From Paraphysomonas bandaiensis (taxonomy: Eukaryota; Protista; Chrysophyceae), in contig CBFFRP010000127.1 of the NCBI GenBank assembly GCA_965644295.1, positions 124,001 to 188,000 on the forward strand: DNA of 64,000 bases, given 5' to 3'. The notes beneath the pieces were generated by a model that had not been told where the DNA came from, made no database searches, and saw only the letters and a list, made by a program, of their open reading frames with translations. Positions 14,415 through 26,400 of this stretch are shown in pieces. The position numbers and the translations under genes were made by a program. Position 1 is the first letter of the stretch. Every line of letters begins with the position of its first letter.

Positions 14415-15807
14415 ATGTCGTTGTTTGGTATTGTGAAGTTAATGATGCAGAATGGAGAAGACAGTGAGAACGGTAGAGTTAAAACATATTGGGAGTTTGT
14501 TGATGATGAAGCAGAGACAGATACAGATGCGGCTCATAGAAATCACTGCGATCATGATACCGTGCCCGCTAAAATAGAAAATGAAGAAGTGAATAATGAA
14601 CCCACTGTATGTGCTGGTAGTCCTGATAATGAGCAGTCTGTCTGTAGCAGAGAAGGATCACAAGAAAATATTGGCGAACAAGACTCTGCAGGATCTAAAG
14701 TAACGAAATCGAAAAAGAAGAGAGCCAAAAAGAAACTTCGAAGACGGGCTAATTCAGTGGTATCCACCGACTCTGCGCATAATATGAAGCATGTTCAATG
14801 GGGTAAAGTAGAGGAGGTCCTGTTTTCTCGAGATATGGGTCTTCATACCGTGCCTAATAGTGGTCTTTATCCTCTTGCACTCGGTGAGGAATGCGAACGG
14901 AGAGAAAACTCAATCGATGAACATGAATCTAGCAAACAGATGGAGTTACTTCAGCGCGCATTGGAGTATGGCATCGATCTCTCTGATATAGGTGGACTGA
15001 ACGCTGGTGAGTACGAGGATGCCGACGACGGGGAGGCTACTACCAGGTACAGGCCGCTCGAGACTAGGCAATACGACTATCGTAGAGGCTCTAACCCATT
15101 GTTCCGTCCACTTCCTGAGCCAGAAAGGTATGTGAGTATTGGTGCATGTTATGGTCAATATTTTTCCGCGGCCATATGCGCATTAGTTATTGTATTGGTG
15201 GACATACGTCATCCCCCACCTAATTACATTGTATTTTCTGTGCTGTCATAATAGGGTAGTATTATTGGGAAATTTGTCACGTCAAAGTGCTTCTGATGGT
15301 GATGGCACATCCGTGGGGGCTATTAATAAGGACTTGACGCATGTGCGCCATTCCCGAAATGCGGTTGGGTGTTCGTGCAAAGCGGTGAAGTTAGATAAAT
15401 TGAGTGTCACAAAGATGAGACAGGAGTTAATTCAATACACAGCTCGTATAAGTGCAAGTGTCACGGATGAGACCAATGAAGAGGATGCTTCAGATAAAGA
15501 GAAGGCTGCAGCAACTCTTTCTCCCGATATGATTCAGTGCATGACCAAAAGTGAACTCACGCAACGCCTTCGAGAGGCGCTGTCGTCATGTCCACTTTGT
15601 GTTGCCAACAACTGTGCCTGTGTTGCAGCAGGCATTCCGTGTCACGCTAATGTGTGCGGGTGTTTTCGATACAATACGAAGCAAGTGTGTAAGAATCCAT
15701 ATGGGGCAGATGACTACCACCCGGACAAGGTTCATGAATACAGACAGCAATTTGTGTCTCCTGAAAACAGTAAACTTACTCGTCCTTCAAGGGCGAATAC
15801 CACCTGA
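14415..15807 (+). CDS. CSRNP/AXUD1-like cysteine/serine-rich nuclear protein (exons 14415-15127, 15255-15807)
   Basis: Basic NLS-like KSKKKRAKKKLRRR. VQWGKVEEVLFSRDMGLHTVPNSGLYPLALG resembles the CSRNP N-terminal block. VRHSRNAVGCSC and CVANNCACVAAGIPCHANVCGC...CKNPYG resemble the Cys-rich block. A phase-2 GT-AG intron joins the two ORFs. Confidence 0.75.
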
Positions 15808-16313
15808 TGTGTCATGACGATGTAATATTGATAGTGTAATACAATAGATATTTCACGTCTCGTGTAAGCAGTAGTGTAGTTGAATACTTCTTTTGTATGC
15901 ATGAGGGCTATGTTACCACTGTCCCTGCAAATTTTGAGAATAACTTATTTTGACCTGTTAAGATGAATTAATGCTTCACAAGGTATTGGGGTTGAAACAA
16001 AACGTGAAGTGTGAAATTGACAGCTGTGTGTTATTCCACATTCTGTGTGTTCATAGTGATAGCCTTTGCATTACCGTTGTACTCTTTAGAACCAAGAACA
16101 ATTGCGTAATACTTTATCGCTACATTGTTACATATGTATATGGTATAAGCAGTGGGGTAGAATGAACAATATATATAGTATAAAGGTTTATATGTCATAA
16201 CTCACACACTTAAATTAAATCAAATTAAACACAACAAGAGCTATTCAATCCATGTGTGCCATAACTCTTCCTAAAATAGAGTAGTTAGACTCACAACCAC
16301 TACTATATATATT

Positions 16314-17847
16314 CTATTGCATAGATTCTCCATTTGCCAATGGTAGTACGTCTATCAACGGACTCCTGTGCTCTTTCAAATACAACCAGTGTGAAATGTA
16401 ATAGCATACCAAGCCAAGTACCGAAGATACCGTAACCACAGCACACATTGCGTCCCGACTCAAGCTACTGAAGATAAAATATCCCAATGCCGAGGCGACA
16501 CCACTTGAAAACGAAACTGCTGCAAATGCTGCGGTCGTGTTTTTTGGAGCTAATGAGCAGTAATCTGCTACAACTGCCTTGCTAGTGCTCTCCTGCGAAA
16601 ACTAATGAGAAAAGTATCACTTATATAGATCTGAACGATGTAAATAGTTCTACGTAGCTGATAAACATAAGAGAAATGGCAACAAATGTATGTTGCGTAT
16701 TGCATATACTCACTCTGAACCCTCTACCGACACCATACATGAGCATGTACGGCACTATCGCCGGCCATGTACCCAGGTGACTATTGCTTGTAAAGAAGAG
16801 CACCGCACCAGTTCCCGCAAGACCGATTGCACCAACAGTCATATTACAAAGATTTCCAACTTTATTGGCAACCCAGGCTGCCGGCATAGCTGCTGAAGAC
16901 CCTACAATTGCAATGTGAGAAGTCCATCCAGTTCAATAAGACAAAGTAAAAAGTAAAAGGTAATATATAACTATATGCGCGCTAGATTACGTGCCTGTAA
17001 AAGGTATAATTGCAGACAATAAGCCTAAGTAAGTCTTGCCAAGCTGGTCAGAGTCTCCGATAACAGTACCAAACACGTAAAACGGAACAAAACTTGACGC
17101 TAGACCATATGCGAATTGGTATGGAATTAAAAGTGCCAGTTTACAGTCACTAAATATCAATTTTCCGGTAGAAGCTGCATTCATCACAACGAATTCATAA
17201 TCAAACGACCTAGTTCCATTTTCCTCTAAGTTGCTAGTACCGGATAATAACACTACAGAAAGGAGTGACAAAACCGAGTAAAGAGAAAATACAACATCTT
17301 GAGCGGTCTCTCCATGCCCCACAAACACAACACTTGCAAGTGCTCGTAGAGTACACTCCAATCCTAAAAATATTGCAGCAAACATGCCTGCAAATGTTGA
17401 GTTCACTTCTTCCAGCGAAGTTGTGCAAGAGTCAGCAAAGAGTTTGGCATTACGAGCAAAGTATCGACCCTGTGCGACCCACAACAGCGAGCCTGAAACT
17501 CCTCCTACTAATGACGCAAGTAGAAATAACACCCAAGATACTTGTGGGAGCAAAATGGACACCAAAAACCCAAATACATAAAGAGAGTATCCACAACAAC
17601 CCAAGAATAATCCATTTTTGGGTCCAACCATAGCCACTATCGGCTGTGCAAAAAGAAGTGACATGAAGGCATAAGATATAAAAAGTACTCCATTTCCGAT
17701 GCCGCCTAGAAGATTTCCAAGTAGAGTCGACGCATATGTCAAGCAAGATATAACGCAAGAAATGTTTATAGCAAACGCAGTACACATAATGGCAAAATTA
17801 TTCCTGAGTTGAGAACTCGACATATCACTAGCAGTAGGCATTGCCAT
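16314..17847 (-). CDS. UNC-93-like major facilitator superfamily membrane protein (exons 17847-16995, 16901-16714, 16592-16314)
   Basis: About 12 hydrophobic segments. The motif GGVSGSLLWVAQGRY is typical of the UNC-93 family. Spliced frame is continuous to TAG at 16314-16316. The first intron requires a GC donor. Confidence 0.8.
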
Positions 17848-18943
17848 TAGCTACTCAGTGCGGTCCAATGAACACGTCCAGCACTCCTTGCTCAAGTGCC
17901 TGCTTAAACACCAGTGTAGCAACTTAAACATATCCTCAGAGCCAATTGTATCTCCATAAACACCGTACGTATGATATTATTGGTCCGAGCCCTTGTGGTG
18001 CCTATCATTTTTTAACGTGTTGCTATGTATGACACAAATACGGGGGTATACCGTATACCTCATTAAAAAGGGACACAATCATGAGGATTAAAAAACCCAA
18101 ACGACACTTCAGTCGGTGCAATCCCCTTCAGACCCCATTTGGAAGATGATGTCAATGTTACAGCTGCCCCAATAGAATGCAGAAGTTTCTTGTACTACCA
18201 TTATCACAAACCGAAAAGACGGCTATTATCCCTCCCACAAAAATTCCTCTCAATGAAGCGATTTCTGGAGTTACAGGAAATATATTTGGTGGAATAAATT
18301 ACTGGAGCGAAATTTAGCTGTGAGACATGAACTTCACATCGAAATACCCAGAACATCGAAGTGAAGGGTTTGACGCCAGTGTTGAATTGGTCTGAAAGTG
18401 ATAGTATAATATATAATATGTAGCAATTGGAAAGTTATGCTGATCATATATATTATATATCAAATATCACACACTACAACGAAACAAAATGCAACATAAT
18501 AACGCATTAGACGATATTAGGACTATGCAATATATAGATCATGTAACAGACATAGTATTTTGCCAATTTCTAACAATTTGATCTGTGCCATTTGATAAGT
18601 TAACAACATGGAACAATATATAATATCTAATATTGTAATGTTACTATAACTTATCCTCCCACCATTATCTAGTAATTTGTTAGAGTAGAGTATACCGTAT
18701 CAAATCTCTTATAGAAATGCAAATTTGATTGTACCGGGTAATGGTGGGAGCAATTTTACATGCCACTATGTGCCATATGCTGACTGGTGAATAAAGAATA
18801 ATATTAAAGCCAAGCTTATTAATAACAAGCACCAAAGAATTGAAATATACCAAGAACACCACTACCTACCAAGAATACACTAAAGAGAAATAAGTGCACA
18901 TGTACTATTAAAATAAAGAAGAAATAATCGCAACGATGGTAGT

Positions 18944-20082
18944 TTATAGGGAGGCTCGTTCTTTCATATCCCACTCTCCATATTTAATGGATTTGGCAAT
19001 ATCAGCTACGAATATTGTAATTGCCACGGGAATAGTAACCGCTACTACATTCATTCCCAATCCTCTACAAAATATTACGGTATATTAACGACGCCAACTA
19101 TCACAATAGATATATGTACATACCGTCCAAGAAAGCGCCAGCCATATTCTTTATGAAGTTTCTGAACAGTATTCCATACTGAAAGGTCGGTTTTAAACAT
19201 TCTGCGAGGTATCAAATCAATAGAGCTCGAAAAAAAACTATTTGCAATGACAGCATACTTGGTACATATATAACAGTAACACGGCTAAAAGGCACCAATG
19301 AACAATACGAACAACACGAACTAGATTTCCACGGGTAGTTCTATACTCACTCATTTCGAATTACGTCAGCAGGATTAGTTAAAACTGCTCCTGCGATTCC
19401 GGCTGTCATAGATTTGATAGCACTTCTAGTAATAATTGCAGTTTTGTCTGACTTGTCCACCTCAGGCAAAATATCTTCCATAAGATCTTTCACCATAACT
19501 GCTGTAATATACTTTGGAACACTCTTCATAATTCCCGCTGATGTACCATGCCATAGCCCATTGAGTCCCTTGGTTCGATAAATATTTATCATTGATCCAC
19601 GCACAGTGTCGATGGTACTAGCAGGATTCTGTTTCTAAGGTTATCGCGGAATTAATTCCAGACGAAATCACACCTGTATAGTAATCGTGGACCGAACCAA
19701 GGGCATATTTACTATCTGAACAAATACACTGCATACCAATGGCGGAAGCATGGAAACCCAAATTCCAGAAAACCCACGCTCCTTGAGAGCATTTTTCCCT
19801 GCGATCAGTCTGGTTGAGGGTGAACAAATATCCATTGTCAATTAACACACCATAATCACTTCCAAAAAAAATAGCTGCTCTAGCCCATGTCATTCCTCCG
19901 ACTGTTGCAATTGTACCTCTAAATGGCGGTTTGAGTGCTGCAGTGTAATATCTTTCCCATGCTGTTGCTCCTTCGACCTTGAACCCGGATTGTGCAATTG
20001 CACTTGCTCTCCACAAGGGAAAATTAATAACAGCAGCAACAGCTGCAGCAAATAAATGGCAATCAGGATCCTTTGAGCTCAT
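18944..20082 (-). CDS. Mitochondrial carrier (SLC25) family protein, 5 exons
   Basis: Three-fold repeat organisation with NFPLWRA, NMPLVRS and TNPADVIRNE helix motifs, plus KGLNGLWHG and YGWRFLGRG. Four GT-AG introns keep the frame to TAA at 18944-18946. Confidence 0.85.
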
Positions 20083-20445
20083 AGAAATATATCAAATGAA
20101 CTTGCACCAATGCACCTGATTTGCAATTTAGTATTGATATACACCTGCATTTGATGTGTCTCGGAAGCAGCCCCACCAATCGCATTCTCCATTCATTACG
20201 GTTGGAATAAAGTGATAGGTCACAGCCTACGATGTATTTGTACAGTGTATATATAGGATGTATTTTACGTAATACACTGTATACCAAACCCTCATCCACA
20301 CAGCAACCCATACCAGTAACAAACCCATACGTGATGTGTTGGTTGATGTAGAGGATTTTTACGTCTCTAACAACTTGTGTGGCAAAAAATTGATATTGGT
20401 GTTTGGTAGCCCTCATTTTTCTGATTTTATAGTCCGTTGCACATC

Positions 20446-23400
20446 TAGAAAAACCCACCGATCTATGTAAAACTAAAGGCAGGATTTTTGGGAGTTGTGT
20501 AAAATAATTTACACGAGAAAAAATTATTCTCTATTGTAGTGTGTGTGAGTTTTTGGATTTAGCGAAACTAGAAGAACTATGTAAAATGAATTACACAACC
20601 TAAACTAAAAAATCCCCTGGTTTTTCACTCAAAAATGTCACAAAACTACACATTTTCAAGATAATAATCGGCATATTGTCCACAGAATCCAGAGACAGAT
20701 GTCTGTTAGCTTCACATACAGGATACGATGCGATACTTTTACAGTAATAAGAGGAACGCAGGCTGATATGATCATAACCTCACTGGGAATACATGAGCTC
20801 ATAGTTCTTTCATGCCACATGCTGCTGGTTGTTGATTTAGCTGGTGAAAGGTATGGTTAAGTGGCAATCATACAGGAGAGTTGGTCTATTTCAAAGACAG
20901 AGATAGCAGAGTTGATTCTATGACCATAACACCAGAGGGCTCTCAGGTAATACGATCGGATGATATTGTAATATATTCAATTTAGTGGTTCGAAGCAGAG
21001 CATATGAATATACTCATACTGCAGAGCTGATCATCAGAGAGACTCACATAAGAATAACTCCACTTGAGTGTCATTCTCCTCTCTGATTTGAAGGTAAATA
21101 CTACTATGATTGTATCATTTATAGATACTTTCTCATAGTGTCCTGTGCGTATTGATGTATATAAAGATACTGTGTTGGAGCATGTCAATCATTGTTGACG
21201 TGCAGCATACTCTGCGGAGCCGTATGAACTCGATTGTCATGTAACACCAGAGGAGTCTTAGGGTAACGTTCTTGAATTATGTTGTGAAAATATTTAATTT
21301 AGAAATTTTGATTCTATGATACAGAGCATATGACGAAAATGACACTTCAGAGTTCGATAATGGAGAGACCCACGCAAGAATAACTTCAATTGTCAATTGA
21401 GTATGTATATACTAATATGAATGTAAGATATATTACTTTCTCACTGTGCCCTATACGTATTGATGTAAATAAGGACGGTGTATTGAAACATGTCAATCAT
21501 TGTCACCTAGATATAGGGTGCTTTGTATCTTGATATTTACCATCTATCATAAATAGAATATTAGTGCTACCTGTAACACTCTGCAGAGGATGAATACGCC
21601 AGCCTATTAGTAGAATATTATGTTGACATTACCATGATACCTGGTAATCGTAGGTAGTATATATTGATTATTCATAATAAGATGCAATTTCTTCACTCTG
21701 GAAGTTGCTTGTAAATAGTATTGTAATTGTAGACTTATCCATAGTTGTTGATTTATTGCTATCCATGGAAGTGTGCTTAGAAAGACGTTCTAAGTTAGTA
21801 CAGCTATTGCAGTACTAAGAATGCTGTTGGAAGAAAATGATCCACTAATGGCTGGTTACCCCAATGAGGAGTATGTCAGGAGCGTTGGACTTATGGTTGG
21901 ATTAAATGATGCCAATATCGACATATGATATTGCACTAATACACGTGCCTAATCGCCTCCCTATAGGTGGTATCTATAACCTCTACATTTCCTACTGATA
22001 AGTATCCCTATTTATATTAAAATGTACCTACAGGCACTGCCTACATGTATCAATACTACCTATAGGTACTACCTAAAAATATAATACCAATACGACCTAG
22101 AGGTACTATAATTAACAACAATAAACACAGTATAATATATATATTGCAAAGTAGGAAATAAAATAAAAACCAGCAATATTGCAGATCTGTATCAATTATG
22201 AAAAGACAAAGCATGTATTCAATTAAAATAAGACGGTATTCGCATTAACATCTTACGAAGTAAAAATTAACGGCAATTACTACTTAGAACCTACTAATAT
22301 ACATACCACGAGAAATCTGAACCAAAGTGTAAACTAGCTCCCAATCACCTGCTAAGAAGCAGAAGCATTGTGCACTTCAGATGTCTTCACCGCCAATCTG
22401 AGTTCAGTTAGCTTCCAAGGTAATGATAACATTTGTTCGTCCAAGCCATCTTACACCGATCTTACACCGAGATAACTTCTCGGGTACGATACTGATACAG
22501 AGGTGTATATATAGGAAATAATTTACCCAAAATATTATTTCTATTAATTGCATGCATTAATAATACTAACATGAACGCTGCCCCCCATTGATGGATATTG
22601 AAGATGCTAACGGTCACATTACTTGAATCCTTGAATTATCGGGAGAACTTCACAGGATGCACACTGAGCATGCATTCTGCAAAATAACGATTCAAGCAGT
22701 ATTTTATCCTCTTGTAAGGGCCCTCTTCCACTTCACTGTCTCTTCTGATGGCAATAACCACACACATGACTCAGTTGTCTCAAGCGGATAAAAGTCATCA
22801 TACTGGTCTTGAACAGCATGAATCTTGCAGTACAGTGAAGTCATGTCAGTCCATTAACGACTCCATCAATCGTCCTTTGTTTTAATCTGCAGGTTGGGTC
22901 ATAATTTCACCCCACAATAGACTGTCTGTGTGTCTATGTATGGTCACATGACCCTCACATCTAACACACTCCTGCCAGTATACCAGCAACCGTATATACA
23001 AAATACATACTCTAATAATACGTAATTTACACAATTTTACATAGTTTCGACCGTTTAGAAAAACCCACCGATCTATGTAAAACTAAAGGCTGGATTTTTG
23101 GGAGTTGTGTAAAATAATTTACACGAGAAAAAATTATTCTCTATTGTAGTGTGTGTGAGTTTTTGGGTTTAGCGAAACTAGAAGAACTATGTAAAATGAA
23201 TTACACAACCTAAACTAAAAAATCCCCTGGTTTTTCACTCAAAAATGTCACAAAACTACACATTTTCAAGATAATAATCGGCATATTGTCCACAGAATCC
23301 AGAGGCAGATATCTGTTAGCTTAGAGGATACGATGCGATACTTCTAGTAGTAAAGAGGAACGCAGGCTGTGATATGATCATAACCTCACTGGGAATACAT

Positions 23401-26400
23401 GAGCTCATAGTTCTTTCATGCCACATGCTGCTGGTTGTTGATTTAGCTGGTGAAAGGTATGGTTAAGTGGCAATCATACAGGAGAGTTGGTCTATTTCAA
23501 AGACAGAGATAGCAGAGTTGATTCCATGACCATAACACCAGAGGGCTCTCAGGTAATACGATCGGATGATATTGTAATATATTCAATTTAGTGGTTCGAA
23601 ACAGAGCATATTAATATACTCATACTGCAGAGCTGATCATCAGAGAGACTCACATAAGAATAACTCCACTTGAGTGTCATTCTCCTCTCTGATTTGAAGG
23701 TAAATACTACTATGATTGTCCTGTAACACCAGAGGAGTCTTAGGGTAACGTTCTTGAATTATGTTGTGAAAATATTTAATTTAGAAATTTTGATTCTATG
23801 ATACAGAGCATATGACGAAAATGACACTTCAGAGCTCGATAATGGAGAGACCCACGCAAGAATAACTTCAATTGTCAATTGAGTATGTATATACTAATAT
23901 GAATGTAAGATATATTACTTTCTCACTGTGCCCTATACGTATTGATGTAAATAAGGACGGTGTATTGAAACATGTCAATCATTGTCACCTAGATATAGGG
24001 TGCTTTGTATCTTGATATTTACCATCTATCATAAATAGAATATTAGTGCTACCTGTAACACTCTGCAGAGGATGAATACGCCAGCCTATTAGTAGAATAT
24101 TATGTTGACATTACCATGATACCTGGTAATCGTAGGTAGTATATATTGATTATTCATAATAAGATGCAATTTCTTCACTCTGGAAGTTGCTTGTAAATAG
24201 TATTGTAATTGTAGACTTATCCATAGTTGTTGATTTATTGCTATTATGGAAGAAGCGCCTAAGAAAGACGTTCTAAGTTAAGTGCAGCTATTGCAGTACT
24301 AAGAATGCTGTTGGAAGAAAATGATCCACTAATGGCTGGTTACCCCAATGAGGAGTATGTCAGGAGCGTTGGACTTATGGTTGGATTAAATGATGCCAAT
24401 ATCGACATATGATATTGCACTAATACACGTGCCTAATCGCCTCCCTATAGGTGGTATCTATAACCTCTACATTTCCTACTGATAAGTATCCCTATTTATA
24501 TTAAAATGTACCTACAGGCACTGCCTACATGTATCAATACTACCTATAGGTACTACCTAAAAATATAATACCAATACGACCTAGAGGTACTATAATTAAC
24601 AACAATAAACACAGTATAATATATATATTGCAAAGTAGGAAATAAAATAAAAACCAGCAATATTGCAGATCTGTATCAATTATGAAAAGACAAAGCATGT
24701 ATTCAATTAAAATAAGACGGTATTCGCATTAACATCTTACGAAGTAAAAATTAACGGCAATTACTACTTAGAACCTACTAATATACATACCACGAGAAAT
24801 CTGAACCAAAGTGTAAACTAGCTCCCAATCACCTGCTAAGAAGCAGAAGCATTGTGCACTTCAGATGTCTTCACCGCCAATCTGAGTTCAGTTAGCTTCC
24901 AAGGTAATGATAACATTTGTTCGTCCAAGCCATCTTACACCGATCTTACACCGAGATAACTTCTCGGGTACGATACTGATACAGAGGTGTATATATAGGA
25001 AATAATTTACCCAAAATATTATTTCTATTAATTGCATGCATTAATAATACTAACATGAACGCTGCCCCCCATTGATGGATATTGAAGATGCTAACGGTCA
25101 CATTACTTGAATCCTTGAATTATCGGGAGAACTTCACAGGATGCACACTGAGCATGCATTCTGCAAAATAACGATTCAAGCAGTATTTTATCCTCTTGTA
25201 AGGGCCCTCTTCCACTTCACTGTCTCTTCTGATGGCAATAACCACACACATGACTCAGTTGTCTCAAGCGGATAAAAGTCATCATACTGGTCTTGAACAG
25301 CATGAATCTTGCAGTACAGTGAAGTCATGTCAGTCCATTAACGACTCCATCAATCGTCCTTTGTTTTAATCTGCAGGTTGGGTCATAATTTCACCCCACA
25401 ATAGACTGTCTGTGTGTCTATGTATGGTCACATGACCCTCACATCTAACACACTCCTGCCAGTATACCAGCAACCGTATATACAAAATACATACTCTAAT
25501 AATACGTAATTTACACAATTTTACATAGTTTCGACCGTTTAGAAAAACCCACCGATCTATGTAAAACTAAAGGCTGGATTTTTGGGAGTTGTGTAAAATA
25601 ATTTACACGAGAAAAAATTATTCTCTATTGTAGTGTGTGTGAGTTTTTGGGTTTAGCGAAACTAGAAGAACTATGTAAAATGAATTACACAACCTAAACT
25701 AAAAAATCCCCTGGTTTTTCACTCAAAAATGTCACAAAACTACACATTTTCAAGATAATAATCGGCATATTGTCCACAGAATCCAGAGGCAGATATCTGT
25801 TAGCTTAGAGGATACGATGCGATACTTTTACAGTAATAAGAGGAACGCAGGCTGATATGATCATAACCTCACTGGGAATACATGAGCTCATAGTTCTTTC
25901 ATGCCACATGCTGCTGGTTGTTGATTTAGCTGGTGAAAGGTATGGTTAAGTGGCAATCATACAGGAGAGTTGGTCTATTTCAAAGACAGAGATAGCAGAG
26001 TTGATTCCATGACCATAACACCAGAGGGCTCTCAGGTAATACGATCGGATGATATTGTAATATATTCAATTTAGTGGTTCGAAACAGAGCATATTAATAT
26101 ACTCATACTGCAGAGCTGATCATCAGAGAGACTCACATAAGAATAACTCCACTTGAGTGTCATTCTCCTCTCTGATTTGAAGGTAAATACTACTATGATT
26201 GTATCATTTATAGATACTTTCTCATAGTGTCCTGTGCGTATTGATGTATATAAAGATACTGTGTTGGAGCATGTCAATCATTGTTGACGTGCAGCATACT
26301 CTGCGGAGCCGTATGAACTCGATTGTCATGTAACACCAGAGGAGTCTTAGGGTAACGTTCTTGAATTATGTTGTGAAAATATTTAATTTAGAAATTTTGA

